This document shows positions 38,213-55,337 of a stretch of 64,000 nucleotides of DNA, one piece after another. The notes under the pieces are model-generated. The model saw only the letters and a program-made list of their open reading frames with translations. It was not told where the DNA came from and ran no database searches. This DNA is from Octopus vulgaris (lineage: Eukaryota): NCBI GenBank assembly GCA_951406725.2, contig OX597823.1, positions 77,004,001 to 77,068,000 on the forward strand, in the 5' to 3' direction. The position numbers were made by a program, and so were the translations under genes. Numbering within the stretch: the stretch's first letter is position 1; each line of letters begins with the position of its first letter.

Positions 38213-38689
38213 TTAAAATCTTCAAAGCCGATTCCCCAGTATGGTTGCATTCCAATGGGTGAAACATATGAAAGCACAGAAGAATTACACACACACACAC
38301 ATCCATCCATCTTCTCCACTAATATCACTAATTCTGGGAGAGTTGTGTGTGTAGTGTGGTGTGTGTATCTGTATGTGTGGTAGGGAAGCTAGAGTTCTCA
38401 AGTACTTACTCCATAGAATCCACTCAAAAGCTGCTATCATTATACTTTCCAGCTGGATTCCCATGGATGACCAGGTGAGGCTATGGATATGATCAAACGG
38501 TTTCATTCTTGATTTACCCTTAGGTCACTTCCTAATTGGCTCAGCTTCAAGAAGTCATCTTGTGATTGTTTTCTGCAACATTCTAATAACATGTCAGCAG
38601 TACTTGAGCTGTGACCTCTCATTATAAAGAAACATTGACTTGACCACAAGAGATTTCCTGACGTCCAAGCTAAGAACCTTGTTAGCTGA

Positions 38690-39440
38690 GCATAGATGTG
38701 ACTGTGTGGTAAGAAACTTGCTTCCCAACCACATGGTTCCAGGTTCAGTCACTTGGGTAAGTGTCATCTACTATAACCTTGGATCAACCAAGACCTTCTG
38801 AGTGGATTTGGTAGACGGAAACTGAAAGAAGCCCATCATCATCATCATCATCATCATTTAACGTTCGTTGTCCATGCTGGCATGGGTTGGACAGTTTGAC
38901 CAGGGCTGGTAAACTGGAAAGCTACACCAGACTCCAGTCTGATTTGACATAGTTTCCTACATCTGGATGCCCTTCCTAATGCCAACCACTCTGAGAGTGT
39001 GATGGGTGCTTTTACGTGCCTCCAGCATCGGCACCATTTACATGGCACTGGTATCTGCCACAACTGTGATTTTGCTTGGCTTGATGTGTCTTCTCAAGCA
39101 CAACATAATGCTAAAGGTTTTAGTCATTGCCTCTGTGAGGCCCAACATTGTGAGGCCCCATATATACATGTGTGTAAGTGTGTATGTGCGTGTGTGTGTG
39201 TATTTGTGTGCACGCACATGTGTATGTCTGTGTTTATCCCCCATCATGTTTGACAGCCAGTGTTGGTGTGTTTATGTCCCTGTAACTTAGCGGTTCAGAA
39301 GAAGGTACCAATAGAGGAAATACTAGGTTTAAAAAAAAAAGAATAAGTAATGGGGTAGATATATTCAATTAAAATGTTAAAGAATTGCCCCAACTTGGCC
39401 AGAGTCAGATGACTGAAACAAGTAGAATATAAAAGATATA
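38690..39440 (+). mobile_element. SINE family A interrupted by a (GAT)n-tailed retroposon (~38836-39158, minus)
   Basis: The SINE 5' half ends at GAAAGAAGCCCAT and resumes at its central microsatellite near 39160. Confidence 0.85.
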
Positions 39441-39525
39441 GAATAACCCACTTTACTCCAGAGATCCTTTGGAGGAATTCCATCTCAAGTGCTTGTATTT
39501 GTGATCAAACACATTCACTTATTAA

Positions 39526-39903
39526 CCCTTTCATTACCAATGCGGCTGAAACTGACTCTGGATCTGTAGTACAAATGTCTTGTTTTCATAAGTTTTGAAT
39601 CAAAATCTTCCACCAGACCTTAGTCACAATTTATGTTCCTAAAACTAGCTGAATGATAACCAAGTTATTTTACTAAATTTTTTGTTATACTCTTTTACTT
39701 GTTTCAGTCATTTGACTGCAGCCATGGTGGAGCACTGCCTTTAGTCAAGCAAATGGACCCTAGGACTTATTCTTTGTAAGCCTAGTACTTATTCTATTGG
39801 TCTCTTTTGCGGAACCACTAAGTTACGGGGACGTAAACACACCAGCATCGGTTGTCAAATGATGTTGGGTGACAAACAAAGACACACAAACACACACACA
39901 CAC

Positions 39904-39944
<41 letters not shown>

Positions 39945-40173
39945 TATATACAAGAGGCTTTTTCAGTTTCTGTCTACCAAATCCACTCACAAGGTTTTGG
40001 TCGGCCTGAGGCTATAGTAGAAGACACTTGCCCAAGGTGCCATGCAGTGGGAATGAACCTGGAACCATGTGGTTGGTAAGCAAGCTACTTGCCACACAGC
40101 CGCTCCTGCACCTATATTTAAAGAAACTGAAAGAAGCACAGAGCATCTCAAAATAAATACAGTAACGAAAGGG
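39526..40173. mobile_element. piggyBac-type MITE (inverted relative to 37992-38212) split by a SINE
   Basis: TTAA TSD, CCCTTTCATTAC / GTAACGAAAGGG; the two parts are colinear with the 38-kb copy. Confidence 0.9.
39690..40112 (-). mobile_element. SINE family A, full length
   Basis: Complete family structure inserted in the MITE at TATA. Confidence 0.9.
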
Positions 40174-40180
40174 TTAAAAA

Positions 40181-40393
40181 TCATTCATGACCAAAGGTGG
40201 GGACAGGCACAAGAACCATACTGAAGAGAGCAAGTTTGCCTTTTTCGCTGACCTTTCTTCTGAGGTTCAAGTGCTTGAGCTGGCATGTTACTGAGGCAGC
40301 ATTTGAAATAGTAGCATTTAATTCAGTCTCCTGCTTCCCATGCCTTGTGAGTATGTACCAGCGATGCTTAAACTTTTCCACTTGATCTCCCAT
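40181..40393 (-). mobile_element. RTE-clade LINE RT-downstream fragment
   Basis: QVEKFKH...GKQETELNATISNAASV...SEKGKLALF...VPVPTFGHE resembles the RTE QVEKFKYLG...PTLTYGHE region. Confidence 0.75.
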
Positions 40394-40450
40394 AATTGAC
40401 GGCTATCTTCAAAAGTTTTAAAATTCTCTCTCTGTTTGTTTTCTCTTATT

Positions 40451-40488
40451 CCTTTCTGTTGAAGAGCGTAGGCTTGAAACGTAAAAGA
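40451..40488 (+). ncRNA. minimal hammerhead-like motif, variant core (family 2; element ~40425-40560)
   Basis: CTTT-CTGTTGA-A-GAGC-gtag-GCTT-GAAAC-GTA-AAAG. Confidence 0.6.
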
Positions 40489-40868
40489 CTTTCTCACCTT
40501 CCTGAGCATCAAACTAATACACCTGTCTTTGTCTTTTGTTTGTCTGTAAATTTCAACTATATATACATATATACATACATACATACACACAGAGAAACAT
40601 ATACACATTTGTATGTGTATTTGTGTGTGTGTGCATGTATATGCGTTTGTGTGTATGTGTATGTATATAAATCTTTATCAGTGAAATGTCAATAAGACGT
40701 ATTTTTATAAGATAATATAATATTGTATTACATTCATATATCAATATCATATACATATATATATAAACCCACACACACTTATTTAATAGGAAGATAATAA
40801 TAAGGAAATGTATTTTTATGATATAATGTAATTTGTGTGTATGTATGTAATATACATACACACACAGG

Positions 40869-40901
<33 letters not shown>

Positions 40902-40903
<2 letters not shown>

Positions 40904-41325
40904 TCTTTTACTCTTTTACTCTTTTACTTGTTTCAGTCATTTGACTGCAGCCATGCTGGAGGACCACCTTTAATCGAGCAACTCGACCCCGGGACTTATT
41001 CTTTTGTAAGCCTAGTACATATTCTATCGGTTTCTTTTGCTGAAGTGCTAAGTAACGGGGACATAAACACACCACCATCGGTTGTCAAGCAATGCTAGGG
41101 GGACAAACACAGACACACAAACACACACATGCATATATATATATTTATATATATATATATACGACGGGCATCTTTCAGTTTCCATCTACCAAATCCACTC
41201 ACAAGGCTTTGGTCGGCCTGAGGCTATAGTAGAAGACATTTGCCCAAGGTGCCACACAGTGGGACTGAACCCGGTACCATGTGGTTGGTAAACAAGCTAC
41301 TTACCACACAGCCACTCATGCGCCT
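40902..41325 (-). mobile_element. SINE family A, full length
   Basis: Complete family structure. Confidence 0.9.
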
Positions 41326-41433
41326 CTAACATATAAGTATAGTTATAAGTATAGACACACGTAAGCAGAAAACCAAATTTTTTACATATTTCTATATTTT
41401 TTCCCTTCTTTCTCCTTTTATTATTACTGTTAC

Positions 41434-41470
<37 letters not shown>

Positions 41471-41799
41471 TTTTTTTTTTTGACCATCTCTTCCTTATCA
41501 CTGAGTATACCTTGCATAAAATTAATAAAAACAATAAAACTGAATATAACCCATTACAAGACAGGATGACATTTGAGTGGGCGTGACCTCAGTTTGTCAC
41601 AGATTCTGGTGAACTGATTGAGTACCTTGTCACATTCCAGTGAACACAGTGCTGACTGAACAAGAAGCCTTGCCATCCTCCACACTCATGTCCTATCCTA
41701 CAATTTCATCAATATTACTTTATATAGATACGCACCATTTAACTCTGGTTTATTCTTATTGTATGACTGTTACTGTGGATTGTCACTTTATATGTACAG

Positions 41800-44750
<2,951 letters not shown>

Positions 44751-44931
44751 TACACAACGCTCTGGTCTCAATAAAAGCCAACATATATGAATGACAATTT
44801 GTATTCTTCTTTCTTGCATTATTGTATTGATTTCCAGCACAGACATAGTGTCTTAGGTTTATTGGTGAGTAGCAAAAGCCATAGAGATGTAAGGGCATCA
44901 CCGAAGGCTTTGCATTCTTTAGTTTATTCAA

Positions 44932-45146
44932 CCCATTTGATACCAACCCACCTGAGACTACCTCTGTTCTGTAATACAAACTTCCTGTCTTAAGTTATCC
45001 AAATTAAAACCTTACAATGAAATTTTGTGTTAATTTATGCTCCAAACATCAGCTTAATGACGACAATGTTCTCTCAGCTTCATTACTTTCAAAATCAATT
45101 TAAACAGAACCAGAAGTATCTCAAAAGAAATGTAGTAACAAAAGGG
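44932..45146. mobile_element. degenerate piggyBac-type MITE
   Basis: CCCATTTGATACC...GTAACAAAAGGG; colinear with 39526-40173 without its SINE. Confidence 0.7.
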
Positions 45147-46592
45147 TTTTGTGCTTAGAGCAACATGAATAGTCAGTTAGCTTGATAGAATACATCTGTC
45201 TCCTAGCTCATGGTGGTAGTCTTAATCTGCCACCCTACTCAACACCACTCCTTGATACATAAGTACCTTCAATAGATTTCATTCTTTGTGTGTATTTGGT
45301 CTAAGTCTTCAGTTCTTGCAGATAACTGCCTCCTTTCTGGTCATTAGTTTCAAAAACCATGGAAGGAATTAGGGAAGCTGTCTTTCCACCTTTAATTAAA
45401 CCAGTAAAAAACTGTAAAAGAAAGAAGCTATACTTCCTCCTATAATGGCCTGGCTCTCTGGTAGTTACAATGACAAATGTTCCAGTTAATACAATCAACA
45501 GAACTGCCCTTTAAAATGCAGGTACTTCTGATTTTTATCAGCTGAGTCAGTTGGAGCAACATGAAATAAAATTCTTGCTCAAGGACACAATGTGCTACCA
45601 GGAAACAAACTCACAACCTTACAATTGTGAGGTGAATACACTAACCACTAGGACATGTGCCTCATTATATGCTATATTCATATAAGTTATCCTCATATAA
45701 TAATCATTTAACCATTGCAGGATTTGAATTCATAAGTGTAAGCTACCACAATAGTCAAGCTAACAAGAAAGCTGCAATGCAGTCACATGGCTTGCTAAAA
45801 GCAGTTGTCAAATCTTTCTTAAATTATGTCATAGTATGTTCAAAAAAGGAAGGCCCCATTAAGTAGTGAGACCTCTAGTATAACACTAATAAACATTGAA
45901 TTAGGCACATTTGATCTATAATGTTGCGTTCATCAGTATTCATACTTAAATTACAATTATATCCAGAACGAATTTTATCATTCAAGCAGCATAGCCCCTC
46001 TACGACATCCAATTAGCAGCCTTCTCAATCTTGGTTATCAATTTATGGATACTCATGTTACTTCTGAACACTGTTGAGTGTTGTTAATCATACGGCAAGC
46101 TCAGTTTATGATGTGCATTCAATTATGTATAGCTAATATATGTTATCAGCTCCATTGAGCCATAATGAATTACAGGACACGTTCATATCTCTCTAACAAC
46201 TTCAGCGCCTCTAGGTTTTCTAAGCTTAGAGCTTCTCATTATTAGTTTTCAGATATAGATCCCATTAAACATTTGTGTATTTATCTTCTTTGTACCAAAT
46301 ATACGAAGCCTCTATGTGGTTGCTTGCCATGCTAGAAATAACAACTAACTCTCCTTCAAATCACAACTACCTGTCTTAAAAAAATTGACCTGATACTCTA
46401 TATAATGTATTCCTGCATAACTACTAAAAGAGGGGATGGTCATGTTTGGAATAATCTTGATCATCAAGTTTAAACTAGGTACCAAACATAACAACAAGGA
46501 TCATTCAAACAAAACTGAATTTCCACATTACATCTCTACCTTATATTTTACGGGGGAGTTTTTGTGCAAAATAGCAGGTTATGTATTATATT

Positions 46593-47145
46593 TCATCATC
46601 ATCATCATCGTTTAATGTCTGCTTTCCATGCTAGCATGGGTTGGACGATTTTACTGAGGACTGGTGAACCAGATGGCTGCACTAGCCGCCAATCTGATCT
46701 GGTAGAGTTTCTACAGCTAGATGCCCTTCCTAACACCAGCCACTCCGAGAGCGTAGTGGGTGCTTTTACGTGCCACCGTCACGAGGGCCAGTCAAGCGGT
46801 ACTGGCAACAGCCATGCCCAGGTGGTGTTTTTTTTTTATGTGCCACCTGCATACCAGTACAAGTGTTAGTAAGGCGATGCTGGTAACGATCACACTAGAA
46901 TAGTGCTTTTTACTTGCAAGTAACCATTAGCACAATATTTTGATAAGGAAAGAAATCTAGCACTTTTTCATGTGAGTGGCAAGTAAGAAAACATCCAGCA
47001 CACTCTGTAAAGTAGTTGGAGGCAGGAAGAGCATCCAGACGTAAAAACCATGCAACAACAAACAACTGGAGCCTGGTCAATTCCAGCCAAATATTCCAAC
47101 CCATGCCAGCATAGAAAACAGACATTAAACAATAATGATGATGAT
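46593..47145. mobile_element. two (GAT)n-tailed retroposons in inverted, tail-out orientation
   Basis: Minus copy ~46593-46920, plus copy ~46975-47145. Confidence 0.75.
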
Positions 47146-47354
47146 GAATATATTATTGCTCAACACATTTTCTAATAATGTAATAATGTAAACATAACCA
47201 ACACCACATATTGAATGTATGTGCTTTGTTTATGTGCTTATTAGCTGCAGGATAGTGTCAGGGGATAAAAGTTCCATTCAGACACTGAGGGTTAAAAATA
47301 AATGAATATTCCAAACCATGTGAGATAGATTACACCATAGTTGAATGAATATGC

Positions 47355-47510
47355 ACAAGGCCCAAAATATTTTGGGGAGGTGGCCAGTCGATTAGATCGA
47401 CCCTAGTACACAACTAGTACATAATTTATTTACCCCTGTAAAGATGAAAGGCAAAGTTGACCTCAGTGGAATTTGAACTCAGAATGTAAAGACAGACGAA
47501 ATACCTATTT
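47355..47510 (-). mobile_element. SINE family B fragment
   Basis: GATGAAAGGCAAAGTTGACCTCAGTGGAATTTGAACTCAG. Confidence 0.8.
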
Positions 47511-48079
47511 GTGTCGAGCAATAATATATTCATCATCATCATTATTGTATTTAACGCTACAAAAGGTGAGGGTGAGATTGGAGGAACTTAAACCCTGACA
47601 TAGAAGGGCAGTACTACTTTAACTAATATACTGTCCATTCTCACATACACATTGAGTAAATAAAGCCACTTGCTGGACACAAATTAACTGTGGCATCTCC
47701 TCCTACTATTGACTTCTATTCTACTTTAATCTTTGGCATGTTAACAATCAGGATTTTGATACTAGCTCACTTTCCCAAGTGTACACACATACACACATGC
47801 ATATATGCATGATTACATGCATATATGTATATGTATATTTGTGTGTGTGAATGTGCATGTATTATTTATGGATATGCATGTATTATTTATGTGAAACATG
47901 ATAAATGCATGAAATGCACAATGGATAAAGGAGGTGACATTTAGCAGTCAGTATTATGATAGGATTTTGTCTATTGCGTATAAGCTGAAAAATATCTTTA
48001 TATTGTTGATGAATTACTGGAGGGAAATTTGGCAAAGATTCTGAGAGAAAAACATTTGGGATCATTTTATAAAAATTAT

Positions 48080-48220
48080 TCAGCCACACATACACACACA
48101 TGCGTGTGTGTGCATGCACTCACACACGGACATACACACACACATTTGTACTCAAACATACATATATATATACATGTGAATTGATAGATAGATAGGCAGA
48201 TATAGATAGATAGATAGAAA

Positions 48221-48253
<33 letters not shown>

Positions 48254-48311
48254 CAGACAGACGGATAAATAGTAGGTAGGTAGACAGATAAATAGATAGA
48301 TAGACAGATAA

Positions 48312-48363
<52 letters not shown>

Positions 48364-48650
48364 ATAGACAGATAGACAGACAGACAGACAAACAGATAGA
48401 TAGATATCTGCAGCTTACTACATTTTGTTAAACTATCCAGATATAAAGCATGTAAGACAAAATCATGCATACTACTTACATATTTTACATACACAAACAT
48501 ATGTTCATATTTTTATCTATCTATCTATCTATCTATCTACCTACCTACCTATCTACCTACCTACCTACCTGTCTATCTATCTACTTATCTGTCTATTTTT
48601 CTATCTATCTATCTGCTTGTCTATCTATCCATCTGTCTGTCTGTCTTTAT
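48080..48650. repeat. (GATA)n followed by (TATC)n tracts in inverted orientation
   Basis: GATA-type tract 48183-48405, TATC-type tract 48514-48645. Confidence 0.9.
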
Positions 48651-48747
48651 GTACCCATGTTTCCATATTTATAAACTCTGCATGTATAATGAGTACGTCT
48701 TCTTACTTGCTATACAATGAGTAGACATATCTAAATATATGTTGTAT

Positions 48748-49160
48748 AGGCGCAGGTATGGCTCATAGGCACTGGACTGGTTGTCTAGTAAGAAACTTGT
48801 TTCCCAACCACATGGCTCTGGGCTCAGTATCATTGTGTGGCACCTTGAACAAATGACTTCTACTATAGCTTTGGGCCAACAAAGGTTTTTGAGTGGATTT
48901 GGTAGATGGAAACTGAAAGAAGCCTGTCGTATGTTTGTGTGTGTCTGTGTGCTGTTGTCCCCCACCTCCATTTAACAACTGGTGTTGGTGTGTTTATGTC
49001 TATGTGACTTAGCAGTCCTGGAAGAGAGATCAATAAAATAACTACCAAGGTTTAGAACGAAATAAGTCATGGGGGGGTCGATTTGTTTGACTAAGAACAC
49101 TTCGCAGTGTTGCCCCAACATGGCCACAGCCTAATGACTATGATAAAGGATAAAAGATAC
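48748..49160 (+). mobile_element. SINE family A (diverged)
   Basis: GGCGCAGG head through the AAAAGAT tail. Confidence 0.85.
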
Positions 49161-49264
49161 ACAGTGGTCATAGTTCCAACTAATTTTTAATTAGTTTTAG
49201 AGCATTCTAAGTAAATGAATGCTTTCATTAATTTGTAGCATATAAAGTTTGTGTAAGTCTAACT

Positions 49265-50164
49265 TCCATATATGTTTGTATGTAATGAATGTTCTTATGT
49301 ATGTATGTATGTATGTGTGTATGTATGTATGTGTGTATGTATGTGTGTATGTAAATATGTATGTAAGTTATGTATGTAAGTATGTATGTAAGTATGTATG
49401 TAAGTATGTATGTAAGCATATATGTACGTATGTATGTGAGTATGTATGTAAGCATATATGCACGTATGTATGTAAGTATATATGTATGTATATATGTATA
49501 TATGTATGTATGTATGTATGTATGTACGTATGTACGTACGTACGTATGTATGTATGTATGTATGAATGTGTACACACATACATAGATACATACATGTATA
49601 TATATATACACATAATTATATATATATATACACATAATTATATACATATATATATATAGATGTATATATACAGATGGAGAGAGAGAGAGGGAGATATACA
49701 TACATATATATGCATATATATGTGTATGAGTGAGTCATGTATATGTGTGAATGTATGCCAGGACACATAGGTGTGTGCGTGATGTGTAACTACATATCTT
49801 GTACACATGCACACACGCACACATATCCACATGTGTGTGAGTGCACTTTTGTGTGTGTGCAAGTGTGCGTGTGTGTGTGTGTGTGCGTGCGTGTGTGCAC
49901 AGTTGCCAGTATTTCGTGTTGTGTGTTGCTTTATTTTTACAATGTGCTTTGTTACCCTTATCTCCAACTATGTAAAGATATTCAGAAGCCTGTTAATATT
50001 GTTTAAAAATATATAAACATTAGCAATAAAGAAATAAACATAACACTTGAATATTTTTTTTTTAAATCTAAAAAATATTTGGATATTATTGATAAACAAG
50101 AACAAAAACAACAAACGAAAATATAACAAAACGAATTAAAAATTTCTTGTGTGTGTGTATGTAA

Positions 50165-50199
<35 letters not shown>

Positions 50200-50509
50200 T
50201 GTATGTATGTATGTATCTATAATATAATGTAATATAATATAAACACATACTCACAAAAATGTATATACATACATATAAGTGTGTCTGTGTGGTCATATGT
50301 GTGTATGTATGTATGCATCTACATACCTATCCATCTACCTCTATACCCCATTCTCTCTCCATCTGTATGTGTGTATATATATATATATATGGTATATAAA
50401 TATATATATGTATTTATATATATAGTATATAAATATATATATATATGTATGTAATCTATGTATATATATATAGTATATAAACATATATATATAAGTATGT
50501 ATGTATATG

Positions 50510-50556
<47 letters not shown>

Positions 50557-51671
50557 TACATATATATATATGTAGTATATAAACATATATATATATACAT
50601 ACATAAATATATTCATACATATGTATATATGCATATATTAATACATATACACACAAATGCACTCACGCACAAATGCATGCTTACACACACACATGCACAC
50701 GTTACACACATACACATAGGCATGCTTACACACACATGCACATTCAAACACAACCACACTTTTATACATGTAAACATATACATATATGAAATACGAAAGA
50801 ATTATTGAAAAATAAAATGTTATATTCCACAGATTTTTCTTTTTTTTTTTATCTTTACCAACCATTAACATTTGCTGAAGAAATAGGTGAAACATAAATA
50901 TATATCTGAAAGAGAGAGAGAGAGAGAGAGAGAGAGTGAATAAGAGAGAGCAAAAATTAAACAGGAATTTTTTAGTGAAAAAGGAAAGGCTTCAAGAATT
51001 TCACTGAGCTATTATGTTGGACATGTTAGGAAGTGGTTCTGAATGGAATGTAAACCTAACGTTTGCATGTTTCTTTGCCCGAATTTATCTTAACTGAACT
51101 TTACACCTGCAATTTGTCGTCAAAACTGCATGAGAAATTATTGATATGATCTGCGTGCATGCGTGCGTTTGTGTGTGTGTGTGTGTTTGTGTGAGTGCTC
51201 ATGGGAGTATGTGTATGCATGCTTGCATATGTATATATATGTATATACATGTGTATGTGTGTGAGTGTGTATGTATATATAATTACATATATATATGTAT
51301 GTATATATATATAAGTACATATATATATGTGTATATATATTACATGTAGCTACATAAATATATGAGCATATGTGCACATATATGCATGTGTAAAAATACA
51401 CAGATATAAATAATATATATATATATTTATATATTCATACATGTACACACACATATATATATATATTTATATATATATATATTTATATATATATATATAT
51501 GCATATATATACACACATATATCTTGCATATATATACATACATACATGCATATATTTGCATGTATATATATGCTTATATATAGTGAGAGAGAGATATATA
51601 GATATGGATATAGATACATACACACATACATATACATATGCATGTATATATATATGCATGTATATATATGC

Positions 51672-51713
<42 letters not shown>

Positions 51714-52526
51714 GCATGTATATATATATACATATATGTACATATATGTACATATATGTATGTATGTATGTATTTTTTATACTATATGTATAGTATTTAC
51801 ATCTACAGGTATCCATGCTTCCATATTTATAAACTCTGCATGTATAACGTGTACATGTCTTCTTGCTTGCTATACAATGCGTAAATAAACATATGTGAAT
51901 ATTTGTATTCATGATATTTGCTTTATTTTGTTATTTTAGGCTTTTTTCATTCATTTATTTATTTATTTTACACTTCTGCTCTTCCTTTCCAACCAAATGC
52001 AAAAGAATATTCCTCAGAAATATTATTTATATAATTTACTCCAGAAAAAGGAAAATGTTTAAAAAATATCAAGTAAATTATGAAAACAAAATGTAAAATG
52101 GAAATATAAACTAGAAAAATATATCATACTTCATTTTCTTTGTATTAAATGTATAATTTCAATAAAACTGCATTTTTATGGGAAACAGGTGATAAAGCCA
52201 TAAAAATGTATTGGTTCTAAGAGGTTTGAAATGGCTGCAAATACATGAATTGGAAAAGTTGTATGTTTTTATCAAATATTTTCATCATTTATTATCATAA
52301 ACGTCATCTCATTCATCATGTTTTTTTTATCTTGTACGTTTTGCTTGTGTCAGTCATTGGACTGCAGCCATGCTAGGACTCTGCCTTGAAGGGTTCAGTT
52401 GAACAATTCAATCACAGTTGTCAAGCAGTTGTAGGGGGACAAACATAAACATGAAGAACCACACCTAAATATATACATGCATGTGTGTGCGTGTGTGTAT
52501 ATGTATATATATATATGTATACATTT

Positions 52527-52590
<64 letters not shown>

Positions 52591-52633
52591 TTATATACAC
52601 ACACACATGTACACACACACACACACAGATATA

Positions 52634-52664
<31 letters not shown>

Positions 52665-52724
52665 GGATGGATATATATATATGCATATGTATATATAAAT
52701 GTATGCATATATATCTATATCTAC

Positions 52725-52762
<38 letters not shown>

Positions 52763-52830
52763 GTATGTGTATATGCATGTGTATAAGTGTCTGTGTGTAT
52801 GTGTGTATGTGCATGTATATCCATATATAA
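49265..52830. repeat. large compound microsatellite field with AT-rich spacers
   Basis: Direct inspection. Confidence 0.9.
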
Positions 52831-52834
52831 ATTA

Positions 52835-53232
52835 ATTCTTTTATTCTTGTATTTGTTTCAGTCATTTGACTCCAGCCATGCTGGAGCACCGCCCTTAATT
52901 GAACAAATCGACCCCAGGACTTATTCTTTGTAAGCCTAGTACTTATTCTATCAGTCTCTTCTGCCGAACTGTTAAGTTACCTGGATGTAAACACACCAAC
53001 ATCGATTGTCAAGTGATTGTGGGGTACAAAAACAAACATACACACACACACACACACACATACATACAATGGGCTTCTTTCAGTTTCCATCTGCCAATCC
53101 ACTCACAAAGCTTTGGTCAGCCCGAGGCTATAGTAGAAGACACATGCCCAAGGTGTCACGAAGTGTGACTGAGCCCGGAGCCAATGTGGTTATCTGGTTG
53201 GTAAGCAAGCTACTTACCACACAGCTACTCCT
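52835..53232 (-). mobile_element. SINE family A, near full length (extra partial head at ~53260-53410)
   Basis: Family structure. Confidence 0.9.
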
Positions 53233-53551
53233 ACATACAAACATACATACATATAGACATCATAGGCTTCTATTCAGTTTCAGTCTACCAAATTCATTGA
53301 CAAGTCATTGGTGAGCCGAGGCCTATAGTAGAAGACACTTGACCAAGATGCCATGCAGTGAGATTGAAACTGTAACCATGTGGTTACAAAGCAAACTTCT
53401 TCACCGCACAGGGTGCAGTCTCGTGAAACACTGTGTAGCATTAGTTCTACTTGAGAATTACATTTGTGCCACACGTGTCTGTGGAGTACTCAGTGTTTTT
53501 CAACATGCTTTACGACTGGATTCTCATAAGTTACTCTCGACATACGAGCCC

Positions 53552-54142
53552 ATTCTCATCATCACCACCATTGTCACCACCACTACCATTATCATCATCA
53601 TTATCACCACCACCATCACCATCATCATCACCACAATTGTCACCACCACAACCACCACCACTATCATCACCACAATTGTTACCACCACCACCATTACCCT
53701 CATCATCATCATCATCATCACCATTACCACCACCATTCTCATCACCATCATCATCATCACCATCATCACCACCATCACCATAATGATCATCATCATCATC
53801 ATCATCACCATTACCACTACCATCCTCATCACCATCATCATCATCATCATCAATCATCACTATCATCACCACCATTATCCTCATTACCATCAGCATCATC
53901 ATCATCATCACCATTTTCAATAGTATCATCATCATACCTACAATCTTCACCACCACCATCATCATCATCATCATCATTGTCGTCGACATCATTATCATCA
54001 TCATCATCACCAGTCTCATCATCACCATCATCACCACCACCACTACCATTGTCATTGTCGTCATTATTGTCATCGTCATCATAATCATCATCATCATCAT
54101 TATCATCATCATGATCATAATTACAATTATTATCGTTGTCAC
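53552..54142. repeat. (CAT/CAC)n trinucleotide tract
   Basis: Direct inspection. Confidence 0.95.
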
Positions 54143-54940
54143 CGTATTCAGATCTTTTTTGTTGTTTTTTTTTTTGTTTTTGCTTTGCTCTAAGACTTCA
54201 CTTTATTCCAAACATTACCAAGCAAAAATTCTTTCCTCGGAGTTCTTGTCAATAAGGCTTTTATTTATATGCAGATGTCTGCTTTTTGATATTTAAAGGT
54301 AGACAAGCAAAAATGTTCGTCTTTGTTAAATTTTATATTTTATTCGTTTTCACATCTTTCACAAAATTTTACATCAAAATGTCTACCAGACATTGCCCTC
54401 AGAGGAATACAGCACTGATCAAAATAAGCATAAATATAAATGAATAAATAAATAAATAAATAAACAAATAAAAAAATAAATATATAAAAGAGCTCAGGAA
54501 TAAATTGCATCATAAAGTGAGCACTGACAGCAAAATGAAAAATTTAATGAATATTTAAATGACAATTTAATAGAAAAAGAAATAATTTTAAATAGTTCAA
54601 CAAATATTTTGAAATTAGCAACCACAACAACGACAACAACAACAACAACAATAACAGCACTTAAAAATGCAGTTGAATATGTTAGATAATGGATATAGAA
54701 GCAGTATTAAAACAGTCGGTTTTTGCCTCTGATATTAAACAGATGGAGCTTCAAACATGATGAAGCTCCCAGAGACATCGACCACGAGGACTGTGTACAA
54801 TTGAATGGTGTTGCTTTGTGCAAGGATCTGATCAGAGAGAGAGACAGACAGATAGACAGACAGTGGGGAGAGAGAGAGAGAGAGAGAGAGAGAGTGATGG
54901 AAGTGACAAGATAACACATTTTGTACTGCAAAAAAAGATT

Positions 54941-55337
54941 AGGCGCAGGAGTGGCTGTGTGGTAAGTAGCTTGCTTACCAACCACATGGTTCCGGGTTCA
55001 GTCCCACTGCATGGTACATTGGGCAAATGTCTTCTACTATAGCCTCAGGCCGACCAAATGCCTTGTGAGTGGATTTGGTAGACAGAAACTGAAAGAAGCC
55101 CGTCGTATATATGTATATATGTATTTATGTGTTTGTGTTTGTTCCCCTAGCATTGCTTGACAACCGATGCTGGCGTGTTTATGTTCCCGTCACTTAGCGG
55201 TTCGGCAAAAGAGACCAATAGAATAAGTACTAGGCTTACAATGTATAAGTCACGGGGTCGATGTGTTCGACTAAAGGTGGTGCTCCAGCATGGCTGCAGT
55301 CAAATGACTGAAACATGTAAAAGAGTAAAGAGAGAGT
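54941..55337 (+). mobile_element. SINE family A, full-length reference copy
   Basis: A-box TGGCTGTGTGG, B-box GGTTCAGTCCC, central (TA/TG)n and GTAAAAGA tail. Confidence 0.95.

Noticed and set aside
54723-54914. Exon candidate RWSFKHDEAPRDIDHEDCVQLNG
   Set aside because: Acceptor plausible but donor weak; it runs into (GA)n and has no recognisable homology
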